Assembly: GCA_963765435.1 (NCBI GenBank) | Contig: CAVXWK010000002.1 | Span: 1,561,664-1,625,663, forward strand | DNA: 64,000 bases | DNA from: an uncultured delta proteobacterium | GTDB taxonomy: Bacteria > Desulfobacterota > BSN033 > UBA1163 | Reading direction: 5' to 3' | In this document: in pieces, positions 1 to 8,895 of the stretch | How positions within the stretch are numbered: position 1 is the first letter of the stretch | Layout: each line of letters begins with the position of its first letter | The notes under the pieces: generated by a model | Told to the model about the DNA's origin: nothing | Databases searched by the model: none | Seen by the model: only the letters and a program-made list of their open reading frames with translations | Made by a program: the position numbers and the translations under genes

Positions 1-99
1 ATCTTGCATCCACTGAACGTAAGCCACGTTGTTGGCATGGCCATTCTCGTCGAGGGTATCTTCTGAAACAACAAACTCATGTGTATATGCCGGGAGCAT
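1..99 (-). CDS. 4HBT/YbgC-type hotdog thioesterase, N-terminal fragment (gene runs off the window start)
   Basis: Reverse complement of 1-99 reads MLPAYTHEFVVSEDTLDENGHANNVAYVQWMQD. The D-x-x-GH-x-NN-x-x-Y stretch is typical of 4HBT thioesterases. The ORF track misses it because it is truncated. Confidence 0.5.
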   Translation of the reverse strand, partial: MLPAYTHEFVVSEDTLDENGHANNVAYVQWMQD

Positions 100-110
100 T
101 TTAGTCCTGT

Positions 111-163
111 CCCCCCTCACCCCGCCCTCTCCCCGAGGGGAGAGGGGAAGGTGGGGGCGTCCC
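111..163. repeat. REP-A palindromic element (ccctcacc..ctctcccc-N-ggggagagg..ggtgggg)
   Basis: cccccctcaccccgccctctccccgaggggagaggggaaggtgggggcg is self-complementary. Related copies lie at 19592, 28228, 32200, 32322, 32714, 33988 and 35229. Confidence 0.85.
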
Positions 164-202
164 TAGGTGTAAGGCTTAACGTAGTTGCATTGATAAAGGC
201 AT

Positions 203-287
203 GATTTGTAAAATCCCTCCTAACCTCCCCTGCCTACCGGTAGGCAGGCTTTGCAAAAGGGAGGAATTACCCCTCTTTGGCAAATGG
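203..287. repeat. REP-B element (tttgtaaaatccct.ctaacctccc...gggagg.attacccctctttgg)
   Basis: A near-identical copy lies at 59236-59316. This copy carries an extra internal palindrome, gcctaccggtaggc. Confidence 0.85.
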
Positions 288-320
288 TTCGACGAGACTC
301 ACCATCCTGAGCTTGTCGAA
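288..320. repeat. Hairpin module (ttcgac...gtcgaa)
   Basis: The 6-bp arms ttcgac (288-293) and gtcgaa (315-320) enclose gagactcaccatcctgagcttg. It sits directly against REP-B. Only one copy is seen in the window. Confidence 0.5.
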
Positions 321-337
321 GGAGAGGGGGGCTCTTG

Positions 338-742
338 TTAAAGGAGGCGCTGATGTTCTTTTTTCATACAGCGATCCATGACTACTTTTAACCCGGATTT
401 CTCCGCTTTTCCCCCGGCCTCTTTGTGAATCACGCCTTCTTGCATCCAGATTGCTTTGGCTCCCCGCTGGACGGCCTCTTCCACGACGGGCGGGACATCT
501 TCCGATCTTCGAAAGATATCTACCACCTCCACTCTGATTTCTTTGGGAATTTCTGAAAGGCTGTGGTAGACCTTTTCTCCCAGAATTTCATCCCCATCGG
601 GGCGGACCGGGATGATCCGATATCCTTTGGACTTGAGATAGGAGGCTACGACATAACTGGGACGATCCTCTTTCGGAGAAATTCCCACCACAGCGACTGC
701 CTTAAAATTACGCAATATGTCCTTTATTTCCTCGTCTTTCAT
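338..742 (-). CDS. CoA-binding domain protein (YccU/YneT family)
   Basis: 134-aa ORF. The region FKAVAVVGISPKEDRPSYVVASYLKSKGYRIIPVRP, followed by a C-terminal AIWMQEG, fits the small CoA-binding Rossmann protein family. Confidence 0.8.
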   Translation of the reverse strand: MKDEEIKDILRNFKAVAVVGISPKEDRPSYVVASYLKSKGYRIIPVRPDGDEILGEKVYHSLSEIPKEIRVEVVDIFRRSEDVPPVVEEAVQRGAKAIWMQEGVIHKEAGGKAEKSGLKVVMDRCMKKEHQRLL

Positions 743-759
743 GTTCCCTCTGACCGTTA

Positions 760-786
760 GGAGCGGGAGCGCTAAGCGCTTAATGA
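760..786. repeat. REP-E element (gagcgctaagcgctta)
   Basis: gagcgggagcgctaagcgcttaatg matches the reverse complement of 43691-43726 and resembles 10225-10258. It overlaps the PBP stop codon. Confidence 0.7.
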
Positions 787-3236
787 GATGCCGGGATGAC
801 AGGATTGTCAGGAGACTTGCCGGCGGGCGGAGTCCCTGAAGAAGAAGTTTCTTCTTCGGGGCCCTCTTTCTTCAAGGGGATCGAGCTATCGATAAATGCC
901 TCTACGATCGTATCAGGGGAATCCCCGTCGCTGGGCAGTCCTGTTTCGAGATTGACTCTGACAAGCGTTATCCCTTTGGGGGGCTTGGAGGTTTCCACCG
1001 GAGTATTTCTCAAAGCCTGATCCATAAAAGAAATCCAGATGGGGAGGGCTGCCCGAGCCCCGGTCTCATTTTTCCCCAAAGAAGTCCTGTCATCGAAACC
1101 TACCCAAACCCCTGCAAGAAGAGAAGGGGTGTATCCCACGAACCATGCATCGGAATAGTCGCTCGAGGTTCCGGTTTTTCCGGCGACCGGTCTTCCGAGA
1201 GCTTTTGCCCTCTGTCCTGTGCCGTGCTGGACGACTCCCTCCAGGAGATGGGTCATGATAAAAGCATTTTGCGGGGAGATCACCCGTTCCTTTAGCACAG
1301 GAGGACGCGTTGCGGAAATTTCTTCCTCTTCCTCTTTCTCTTCCATCTCAATATAAGGGGTGTTTTCCTCAAGAACCTCGCCTTCCATGGTGACAATCTT
1401 TTTGAGGAAGATGGGTTTGACCCGCTCCCCTCCGTTTGCAAAGACGGCAAAGGCGGAGGTCAGCTCGGGCATGGAGACGCCGGACGTTCCGAGAGCGATA
1501 GAGAGATCCCTTTTGATGGGAGATTCGATCCCCAGCCTCTTGATGAATTTAAGCGCGTAACCCACCCCGATGTCTTCAAGGATTTTGACCGTGACGACAT
1601 TTCTGGAATAGGCCAAGGCATTCCGGAAAGTGATGGGTCCCATAAATTCCTGGTCATAATTCTTTGGTGCCCAGTAGCCTTCTCCATCGGGATCGGAGTA
1701 CTCCACCGGAGAATCCATGAGAATGGTGGAAGGGGTATAGCCTTTCTCCAAAGCCGCAGCATAGATGATCGGCTTGAAGGCCGAACCGGGTTGCCTTCGA
1801 GAAGAGATCGCCCGGTTAAATTGACTCTCGCTGAAATCACGGCCTCCGACCATGGCCCGGACATACCCGGTTTTCGGGTCGAGGCAGAGCAAGGCGCCCT
1901 GGACCAGAGGGTCTTGCTCCAAGGTGAACAACGGTGGTTGATCTTTCTTAGAAGATTCTTTGACACGAACGTAAACTACGTCACCCGGGTTGAGAAGATC
2001 TCCGGCGGTTTTCACTTTCTGCGGTTTGTAGCTCGGTGTGGGCTTGAGGGTGAGGGCCCAGGACATTTCGGAGAAAGGGAGAGTCCCCTTTCGATCTTCG
2101 ACCCAGATCGTGTAAAGCTTGTTGGAGTCGTCTTTGGAGAGGGTCACCCCTTCGAAAACCTCGTTGGAGGGAAGAGGCCTCGAGGATTCTTTCTTTTTGT
2201 GAAGAAGCTCCTTTACCTCCTTTGGGGGAAGCGTGCGGAGAGGGCCTCGGAACCCCTCTCTCTTGTCCAGCTCTCTTAACCCTGCTTCCACGGATCGTTG
2301 AGCCGCTCTCTGAAAGGGGAGATCGAGGGTGGTGTAAATCCTCAACCCTTGTTGGTAGAGTTTTTCCTTTCCATATTTCCTCTCCACCTGCTGCCGGATG
2401 AATTCCGTGAAGTAGGGGGCCTTGCTGAAATAGGCGCTTTCTCGCGACTGAATCTTGAGAGGAGTCCGGAGAGCCCTTTCTCTCTGGTCCTGGGAGATCA
2501 TGCCTAACTCGGTCATGCGGGTGAGAACGTAGGCCTGGCGGTCCCTGGCCCTTCTATAATTCGTGACGGGCGAATAACGGCTGGGGGCCTTGGCCAGGCC
2601 GGCCATCATGGCCATCTCCGCCAGCTGGAGTTGATCGATCCGCTTATTGAAGTAACTCTCGGAAGCGGCCTCTACGCCGTAGGCCCCATTTCCCAAATAA
2701 ATATTGTTGAGATAAAGGGTGAGGATCTCCTCTTTGGTCAAATCCCGCTCCAGACCGAAGGCGTAGGCAACTTCCCTTAACTTTCGGTGCAGACTTCTCT
2801 TGGGCGTGAGGAAAAAAGTCTTGGTCACCTGTTGGGTGATCGTACTCCCTCCCTGGACGATCCGTCCGGCCAGAAGGTTCTTGAACATGGCGCGGAGTAT
2901 GCCCTTATAATCAACGCCTTTATGCTGGAAAAATTCCGCATCCTCTGCGGCGATGAAAGCCTTTACCAGCAGTTTGGGAACCTGTTCATAGGAAACGGGG
3001 ATCCGGTTGTCCATCAAGAATTTTCCAACCACCTCATCTTCCTCCGAATAAACGACGGAATAGGCATTCAGGCGTCGGTCCTTTAGCGGCGTAAAATCAG
3101 GGAGGTGATGGGAGTAATAGAAGAAGAGCACAGCTCCGGAAATGAGGAATAAAAGGGTGCAGAGAATAAAGGTGTAGATGACGTAGAAAACCAATCCTTT
3201 TTTTTCTCTATGTTGGGGATACGTGTGGGCATTCAT
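780..3236 (-). CDS. mrcA: Class A penicillin-binding protein 1A (bifunctional transglycosylase/transpeptidase)
   Basis: 818 aa with an N-terminal TM segment. GT51 motifs present: AAEDAEFFQHKGVD, GGSTITQQ, RKLRE. Transpeptidase motifs present: SAFKP (SxxK), SRN, KTGT. Confidence 0.9.
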   Translation of the reverse strand: MNAHTYPQHREKKGLVFYVIYTFILCTLLFLISGAVLFFYYSHHLPDFTPLKDRRLNAYSVVYSEEDEVVGKFLMDNRIPVSYEQVPKLLVKAFIAAEDAEFFQHKGVDYKGILRAMFKNLLAGRIVQGGSTITQQVTKTFFLTPKRSLHRKLREVAYAFGLERDLTKEEILTLYLNNIYLGNGAYGVEAASESYFNKRIDQLQLAEMAMMAGLAKAPSRYSPVTNYRRARDRQAYVLTRMTELGMISQDQRERALRTPLKIQSRESAYFSKAPYFTEFIRQQVERKYGKEKLYQQGLRIYTTLDLPFQRAAQRSVEAGLRELDKREGFRGPLRTLPPKEVKELLHKKKESSRPLPSNEVFEGVTLSKDDSNKLYTIWVEDRKGTLPFSEMSWALTLKPTPSYKPQKVKTAGDLLNPGDVVYVRVKESSKKDQPPLFTLEQDPLVQGALLCLDPKTGYVRAMVGGRDFSESQFNRAISSRRQPGSAFKPIIYAAALEKGYTPSTILMDSPVEYSDPDGEGYWAPKNYDQEFMGPITFRNALAYSRNVVTVKILEDIGVGYALKFIKRLGIESPIKRDLSIALGTSGVSMPELTSAFAVFANGGERVKPIFLKKIVTMEGEVLEENTPYIEMEEKEEEEEISATRPPVLKERVISPQNAFIMTHLLEGVVQHGTGQRAKALGRPVAGKTGTSSDYSDAWFVGYTPSLLAGVWVGFDDRTSLGKNETGARAALPIWISFMDQALRNTPVETSKPPKGITLVRVNLETGLPSDGDSPDTIVEAFIDSSIPLKKEGPEEETSSSGTPPAGKSPDNPVIPASH

Positions 3237-3240
3237 AGGG

Positions 3241-3285
3241 AGAAAGAATAAAAAGGGAAAACTCCCTCGACAGAGTCTTCCCTTT
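3241..3285 (-). terminator. Rho-independent terminator after the lipoprotein gene
   Basis: Stem aaagggaa (3252-3259) pairs with ttcccttt (3278-3285), and inner arms actc/gagt add to it. On the minus strand the hairpin is followed by ttattctttct. Confidence 0.55.
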
Positions 3286-3308
3286 CTTGTGATCTCATCG
3301 TCGTGTGA

Positions 3309-3599
3309 CTACCTTTTCTTCTTTGTCAGTTTGGCATTTAAATCTTCCACCTGTTTTTTCAAGGCTTCATTCTCGGCTGTCAGGGAAGCGATGGTCGCAT
3401 CCTTTCCAGCGGCCTTCTGAATATCTTCCTTCAATTTTTGTACTTCGAGCTTCAGCCTGTCGTTGTCCGCCGTGAGGGTGGCGTTTTCCGTTTTCAGTCT
3501 CTCATTCTCCGCCTTGATGTCTGCGCCGCATCCTATGAGGGCCGAAGCCAATAGGCCGATCATGAGCAATGACAGAACCGCCGCTATGGCTCTTTTCAT
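3309..3599 (-). CDS. Coiled-coil lipoprotein
   Basis: 96 aa. A signal peptide ends in the lipobox LIGC. The rest is heptad-like and rich in K/E/L/N (ENERLKTENATLTADNDRLKLEVQKLKEDI). Confidence 0.6.
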   Translation of the reverse strand: MKRAIAAVLSLLMIGLLASALIGCGADIKAENERLKTENATLTADNDRLKLEVQKLKEDIQKAAGKDATIASLTAENEALKKQVEDLNAKLTKKKR

Positions 3600-3804
3600 C
3601 TTCCCATCACCTCCTTCTCGCTAAAGTCTAACAAACCATTTCACCATTTTAAATTATAGATAGGAGCTCAAGAAAAATCAAATATTTTTTTTAAACTTGA
3701 CAACCCATCCTTTTTTTGGCGATATTTTTAAAAATTTATTTCACGTCGGATCAGCCCTCCCTATCCTTTCTTCCCTCGCTTATGGCGACGGAAGGAGAAA
3801 AAAC

Positions 3805-3833
3805 GGAACAAAGGCTGGCCTTGCGTTGTCTAT
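3805..3833 (+). promoter_or_regulatory. Candidate ECF-type (sigma-E-like) autoregulated promoter
   Basis: GGAACAA-N17-TCTAT lies about 30 nt upstream of the sigma-factor start. Spacing and the -10 element are imperfect. Confidence 0.35.
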
Positions 3834-3859
3834 AGCATCAGGGGAAGAGCGGGTTTTCG

Positions 3860-4450
3860 ATGAAGACTTCTCCCAGGGTTCGAAGAGAGGTGATTGAGAG
3901 TTGCAAGGCGGGTGACCCAAGGGCCTTTGCAGAAATGGTTCTTCAGTCGCAGAAGAAGGTATTCAATATCGCTTACCGGATGTTGGGCAATTCAGAGGAG
4001 GCAAAGGACCTGGCCCAGGAAGTGTTTGTTTCCGTATTCAACTCGATCAAGGATTTGAGGGAGGAGATCAAATTCGATTCCTGGCTCACTCAGATCACTC
4101 TGAACCATTGCCGGAATCGCTGGAAATATCTGAAGCGACGACACTATTTCAACTCCGGTTCGTTGGACGATCCAGTCGAGACGGAAGACGGAGACGTGCC
4201 AAGAGCGATTTATGACCCTTCTGATAATCCTGAGACGCTCTACGAAAAGAAGATGATCCAGGAGCTTGTTCAGAGAGGACTTCAGAAGCTGAAAGAAGAC
4301 CAGAGGGAACTACTGGTGCTGAGAGACCTTCAAGGGTTTTCATACGAAGAGATGGGCGAACTGCTCGGCCTTCCTGAGGGGACGATCAAATCAAAACTCC
4401 ACAGGGCAAGGATGGATCTAAAGCAGGTATTGGAAAGGTCCGCCGATTAG
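3860..4450 (+). CDS. ECF (sigma-24/RpoE-like) RNA polymerase sigma factor
   Basis: 196 aa. Region 2 (AEDLAQEVF, FDSWLTQITLNHCRN) and region 4 (RELLVLRDLQGFSYEEMGELLGLPEGTIKSKLHRAR) are both present. Confidence 0.85.
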   Translation: MKTSPRVRREVIESCKAGDPRAFAEMVLQSQKKVFNIAYRMLGNSEEAKDLAQEVFVSVFNSIKDLREEIKFDSWLTQITLNHCRNRWKYLKRRHYFNSGSLDDPVETEDGDVPRAIYDPSDNPETLYEKKMIQELVQRGLQKLKEDQRELLVLRDLQGFSYEEMGELLGLPEGTIKSKLHRARMDLKQVLERSAD

Positions 4451-4467
4451 CCGGAGAAGGAGAGCCT

Positions 4468-5439
4468 ATGGATTGTAAGGAAGTCCGGGATCGATTTTCC
4501 TCGTTGTGGGAGAAGGAGCTGACCCCGTTTGAAGAGAGAGCGGTCAGGGAACATCTTTCTTCGTGTCCGGAGTGCCAGAAGGAATTTAAGCAATTCGAGA
4601 AAACGATGCAATGGCTTCACTCTGTGGGAGACGTGGAGGTGCCGGATGGATTTCTCCCCGGACTTTACAAAAAAATGGAAGAGCGGAGAGAAATCACCTC
4701 AGCCGAGAAGTCCGGGAAAAGATGGTTAAACCTCCCGCTCCCGTTGAAACTTCCGGTTCAGGCAGCGGCCATGGTGGCCGTCATTTTCTTAGTGCTCTAT
4801 CTTACCAAGACGATGCCGATGAGAGGGTATCATCCCAAAGAGATCGCGCAACCCTCTTCACCTCTTTCTTTAGAGAAGAAGCCCGAGCAGGTATCACCCC
4901 GCCCAAAGGATGCTAAGCGCGCCGAGACGGTTGTCCCAAGAAAGGTGGAGGCACCTTCTTCAAGCACGGAGGTCGCGAAATACCAGGCCTTCGATCTGAA
5001 GGAGGCAGGCCGTGAAAAAGTTCCATCCTCAGAGGTCCCGGAGAAAATTGAGAAAGGACCGTATGCCCAAGAGAAATTAGCCTTGGCTTCGAAACCCGAT
5101 CAAGAAATCGTCCTGAAAATCTCCGATCGGGGAAAGGCGATCTCCCAGCTTTACAGACTGACCAAGCAATTTGGAGGAGAGATTATCACGAAAGAGGGGG
5201 ATAAGTTTCTTGCTTCTCTTCCCGCGGGTTCGTTTCCGCAGTTTGAGAAAGAGTTGGGAAGGCTGAGCTCTTCTACCGAAGCAGATGAGGCGATCATGAG
5301 AAAACCTGCCACGGGAAGTGCGAGAGCTCGTCAAGAAGTGAAGAGAGAAGTCGTTGAAGGAAAAGCGAAGGAACCGGCAACGCTTGCGACCCGTGAAGAG
5401 AGTCGAATAATCGTTCGCATCCTTCTCGTTCAGGATTAG
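4468..5439 (+). CDS. Anti-sigma factor (zf-HC2 N-terminus, one TM, extracytoplasmic C-domain)
   Basis: H-x3-C-x2-C motif (HLSSCPECQ) near the N-terminus. TM segment PVQAAAMVAVIFLVLYL. The gene lies immediately downstream of the ECF sigma gene. Confidence 0.7.
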   Translation: MDCKEVRDRFSSLWEKELTPFEERAVREHLSSCPECQKEFKQFEKTMQWLHSVGDVEVPDGFLPGLYKKMEERREITSAEKSGKRWLNLPLPLKLPVQAAAMVAVIFLVLYLTKTMPMRGYHPKEIAQPSSPLSLEKKPEQVSPRPKDAKRAETVVPRKVEAPSSSTEVAKYQAFDLKEAGREKVPSSEVPEKIEKGPYAQEKLALASKPDQEIVLKISDRGKAISQLYRLTKQFGGEIITKEGDKFLASLPAGSFPQFEKELGRLSSSTEADEAIMRKPATGSARARQEVKREVVEGKAKEPATLATREESRIIVRILLVQD

Positions 5440-5489
5440 TCCTCTCGAGCGGTTCCGTGCCTATGCGGAAAAGCGAGGATGGATTGAGT

Positions 5490-5518
5490 TTGACTTCCGG
5501 CCCTAAGTTTTGTATAAA
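5490..5518 (+). promoter_or_regulatory. Sigma-70-type promoter (TTGACT-17-TATAAA)
   Basis: ttgact at 5490-5495, a 17-nt spacer, then tataaa at 5513-5518. It sits about 200 nt upstream of the NlpC/P60 start. Confidence 0.55.
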
Positions 5519-5523
5519 TGAAA

Positions 5524-5700
5524 CCTGTCATTTATCCAGTTGACCCGTTAGAAAGCCCTGTTTCCACAGGGGGTGAGCGGCATTCGGAAGCTAGATACCC
5601 CTCCGAAATGACGGAGTTTAAAATCACACGTCATTTCTAACGTGGTTTTGTCCTTCTCGACAATTCCCCCGGCGTTTCAAGGGGGAAGATTTCGCTTTGT
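5524..5700 (+). promoter_or_regulatory. Structured 5' leader with mutually exclusive helices and a terminator-like hairpin (riboswitch/attenuator candidate)
   Basis: AAAUGACGG (5606-5614) can pair with CCUGUCAUUU (5524-5533) or with GUCAUUU (5630-5636). Hairpin uucccccc/gggggaa at 5664-5687 is followed by gauuucgcuuug. Confidence 0.4.
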
Positions 5701-5718
5701 AAAGAGAGGAGAGATCTT

Positions 5719-6666
5719 ATGATCAGGCTACTGAAAATTCTTGGAATGCAATTGATCTTCTTCTTGCTCGTGTTCGGTCTTTACGAGAAGGGATGGACAG
5801 AGGAGAGATATACGGTCAAACCGGGTGATACGCTTTATGGGATTTCAAAATCATCGGGTGTTAGCGTCGAGACGTTAAAAAAAGCGAATGCCCTGGAGGA
5901 AGAATCGATCAAGCCGAAACAGGTTCTGACGATTCCATCCCGGGGAGAAAATAAAGCAGCAGGTGGTGCGGGAAAACCTGCGAGCCAGACCGGCAAAAAA
6001 CTTTCAGCTGCAGCTGTCAGAAGAGCTTTGGGAGAAACGGATTCTTATGTCGTGCAGAAAGGAGATACCCTCAACAGTATTTCAAAGAAGGTCGGTCTCT
6101 CGACAAAGGGAATTATGATGAGGAACGGCCTCCACACTTCGGGCTTAAAGACCGGTCAAATCCTTCTTCTTCCAAGAGAGGCGAGCCAGCAGGATGACGA
6201 GGCAGAAGAATTGGGGGACGGGGATGCACGAGTAGAAACCGAACCAGATACCTCCGCCCCTCTTGGAAAATGGAGTAATTCGGAAGAGCAAGGTCTTCTG
6301 GTAAGGGTTGCGAAAGCATTCTTGGGGGTGCCGTACAAATTGGGGGGCTCCACGTTAAAAGGGATTGATTGTTCTGCCTTGGTAAAAAAGATCTACGAGG
6401 TTTTTAATATCCAACTTCCGAGAACCGCGCGGGAGCAGTTTACGGCTGGGAAAAGAGTTGAGAAGGCCCAATTGGAGGAAGGGGATCTGGTTTTTTTCAG
6501 ACGGGCCGGAAATAGGGCTCATGTGGGGATCTACGTGGGTGACAATCAATTTATTCACGCCTCTTCTCATGGCCGAGAGGTGAGGGTAGACTATCTGAAT
6601 ACCCCTTACTTCAGTCAACGCTTTCTCAGGGGAGTCCGGATAATGGAATCGGAGAAAGAGATTTAA
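5719..6666 (+). CDS. Peptidoglycan endopeptidase, 2x LysM + NlpC/P60
   Basis: Signal/TM N-terminus. Two LysM repeats (YTVKPGDTLYGISK..., YVVQKGDTLNSISKK...). The NlpC/P60 domain carries GIDCSALV (Cys) and AHVGIYVG (His). Confidence 0.85.
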   Translation: MIRLLKILGMQLIFFLLVFGLYEKGWTEERYTVKPGDTLYGISKSSGVSVETLKKANALEEESIKPKQVLTIPSRGENKAAGGAGKPASQTGKKLSAAAVRRALGETDSYVVQKGDTLNSISKKVGLSTKGIMMRNGLHTSGLKTGQILLLPREASQQDDEAEELGDGDARVETEPDTSAPLGKWSNSEEQGLLVRVAKAFLGVPYKLGGSTLKGIDCSALVKKIYEVFNIQLPRTAREQFTAGKRVEKAQLEEGDLVFFRRAGNRAHVGIYVGDNQFIHASSHGREVRVDYLNTPYFSQRFLRGVRIMESEKEI

Positions 6667-6696
6667 GATTATTTGCTTCGTCGAAGGAGAGTGCGT

Positions 6697-7305
6697 ATGA
6701 TCATTGCCATCAACCCCAAAAATCCTCAACCCAGACTGATTCGGAGGGTTGTGGAGGTCCTCAAGGAAGGCGGTGTGGTCGGATATCCCACAGACACCAT
6801 CTATGGAATCGGATGCAACCTTTTCAATCCGGAGGCGATCCGGAGAATTCATCGATTGAAGAAATTGGAGGGGAAGAAATTATTAAGCTTCATCTGCTCC
6901 GATTTGAAGGATATCAGTCGCTATGCCTATGTATCCAACTATGCCTATAAAATGATGAAACGTCTGCTTCCAGGTGCTTATACCTTCGTGTTGAAGGCGA
7001 CGAAGCTGGTCCCGAAGATAGCCATGACCAAACAGAACACGGTGGGGATAAGAATCCCCGACAACAAGATATGCTTGGCCCTCGTCAAGGAGTTGGGACA
7101 CCCGATTATCAGCACCAGTGTCTATAAACCGGATGAGGGACTGTACAACGATCCCGCCGGGATTGAAGAGCGATTTGGAAAACAGTTAGACCTCGTCATC
7201 GATGGAGGGGTGATCGTCGCAGAACATTCGAGCATGATTGACCTCACCGGTGATTCTCCGCGAGTCATTCGAAAAGGGAAAGGGGATATCAGCCTTTTCC
7301 TTTAA
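6697..7305 (+). CDS. tsaC: L-threonylcarbamoyladenylate synthase (YrdC/TsaC domain)
   Basis: VGYPTDTIYGIGCN, KLLSFICSD and GAYTFVL match the YrdC fold. I chose the ATG at 6697, preceded by aaggaga, over the upstream TTG at 6673. Confidence 0.8.
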   Translation: MIIAINPKNPQPRLIRRVVEVLKEGGVVGYPTDTIYGIGCNLFNPEAIRRIHRLKKLEGKKLLSFICSDLKDISRYAYVSNYAYKMMKRLLPGAYTFVLKATKLVPKIAMTKQNTVGIRIPDNKICLALVKELGHPIISTSVYKPDEGLYNDPAGIEERFGKQLDLVIDGGVIVAEHSSMIDLTGDSPRVIRKGKGDISLFL

Positions 7306-7333
7306 GAGTGAGCGGCGCAAGAAAGGAGAAGAG

Positions 7334-7903
7334 ATGGGCCGAAAAAGTCTACCCCCTACTACCTTGCTTTTCCCCACTCCAGTCGTTCTAGTAACCTGTG
7401 TCGATGAAGCGGGAAAGCCCAACATCATCACCCTGGCCTGGGTGGGAGTGGTCAACTCAGAGCCCCCCATGATCGGCATCTCCATTCGGCCGGGACGATA
7501 CTCCCATGCCTGTGTGAAGCGATCCAAGGAGTTTGTGGTTAATCTTCCTTCTGAAGAGATGGTCAGAAAGGTGGATGCCTGCGGCGTGCTTTCCGGTAGA
7601 GAGACAGACAAGTTTTCATCCATGGGGTGGAAGCCAGTGCCCGGCCAAAAGGTGAAACCTCCCCTCATCGATGAATCCCCTGTTCAGATGGAATGCAAGG
7701 TTAAGGAAATACTTTCCTTAGGGAGCCACGACCTCTTTTTGGGTGAGGTCGTTGCCCTCCATGTCAAGGAAGAAGTCGAAAAAGAAAAAGGTCGAATCGA
7801 TATCGCCAAGACGCTTCCGCTGGTTTTCTGTCCGGGTGCCAATGAGTATTGGAATCTGGGGAAATGCATCGGCCATTACGGGTTTACAAAAGGAAAACCC
7901 TGA
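7334..7903 (+). CDS. Flavin reductase-like FMN-binding domain protein
   Basis: LLFPTPVVLVTCVDEAGKPNIITLAWVG is the typical flavin-reductase-like N-terminus. The ATG at 7334 follows aaggagaagag. Confidence 0.75.
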   Translation: MGRKSLPPTTLLFPTPVVLVTCVDEAGKPNIITLAWVGVVNSEPPMIGISIRPGRYSHACVKRSKEFVVNLPSEEMVRKVDACGVLSGRETDKFSSMGWKPVPGQKVKPPLIDESPVQMECKVKEILSLGSHDLFLGEVVALHVKEEVEKEKGRIDIAKTLPLVFCPGANEYWNLGKCIGHYGFTKGKP

Positions 7904-8019
7904 GCTGACGGATCCAACGAGGGCAGCTAAGATCGAAGTCTTTGGATTGCGTCAAGGCATCAGGAAGATCTGAGCCATTTTGTATTGTATACTTTATATC
8001 GGACGCGTCAGGGCGAAGC

Positions 8020-8895
8020 ATGATCATTGACTGCCATACTCATATCTTTCCCGAGGAAGTAAGAAAGGATCGGGAGGCCTTCTGTAAAAAGGACGACGCG
8101 TTTTTATCCATTTATAGGGATTCGAAGTCCAAGATGGTCGGAGTGGAGGATTTGATCGCCTCGATGGATGAATCCGGCATTGATCGGTCTGTCATTTGCG
8201 GGTTCCCTTGGACGCAACCTGATCTCTGTTCCTTTCATAATCAATACTTGATGGCATCGGCCTCACGGTATCCAAATCGGTTGATTGTCTTTGTTTCCCT
8301 TCTCTTTTCAAATCCGGGTTGGTCAGGGAGAGAATTAGACCGGGCCCTGAACGGCGGGGCAAAGGGGGTAGGGGAGATCGCCTTCTACCACGATGAAATG
8401 ACTTCCCGTGATGTTCATTCCATGAAACCAATCCTTACCCAAATGGAGAAGCAGGGCGTCCCTCTTCTTCTCCATACCAATGAGACGATCGGCCATTCCT
8501 ACCCCGGGAAGGGAAGGACACCCCTCGAGCGCTTTTATGAACTCATCCTCTCTTTTCCAAAACTTCCCATCATCCTAGCGCACTGGGGAGGCGGCCTTCC
8601 CTTTTACGAGTTGATGCCGGAGGTGGCGAAGGTGATGACCAATGTCTACTATGATACGGCGGCTTCGCCTTTTCTGTATTCGGGGAGGATTTATGCGGTT
8701 GCCAAAGACATGGTAGGGGCCGAAAAGATCTTTTTCGGAACAGACTATCCTCTGATCTCACCCCGGCGATATTTTAAGGAATTAGAAGCATCGAGCCTCT
8801 CAAAACAGGATCGGGAAAAGATCCTGGGTCTCAATTTTTCAAGACTGATTTCGGGACGGATTAAAGAAAACCCGCCGTTGCTAAACTGTTCTTAA
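8020..8895 (+). CDS. Amidohydrolase-family metal-dependent hydrolase (TIM barrel)
   Basis: Begins MIIDCHTHIF (HxH metal motif), later LLLHTNE and FGTDYP. I chose the internal ATG at 8020. Confidence 0.7.
   Translation: MIIDCHTHIFPEEVRKDREAFCKKDDAFLSIYRDSKSKMVGVEDLIASMDESGIDRSVICGFPWTQPDLCSFHNQYLMASASRYPNRLIVFVSLLFSNPGWSGRELDRALNGGAKGVGEIAFYHDEMTSRDVHSMKPILTQMEKQGVPLLLHTNETIGHSYPGKGRTPLERFYELILSFPKLPIILAHWGGGLPFYELMPEVAKVMTNVYYDTAASPFLYSGRIYAVAKDMVGAEKIFFGTDYPLISPRRYFKELEASSLSKQDREKILGLNFSRLISGRIKENPPLLNCS

Noticed and set aside
1460-2279. 168-aa (minus, alternative frame) and 162-aa (plus) ORFs inside the PBP1A gene
   Set aside because: They are embedded in or antisense to a gene with complete GT51 and transpeptidase motifs. 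They are typical spurious ORFs.
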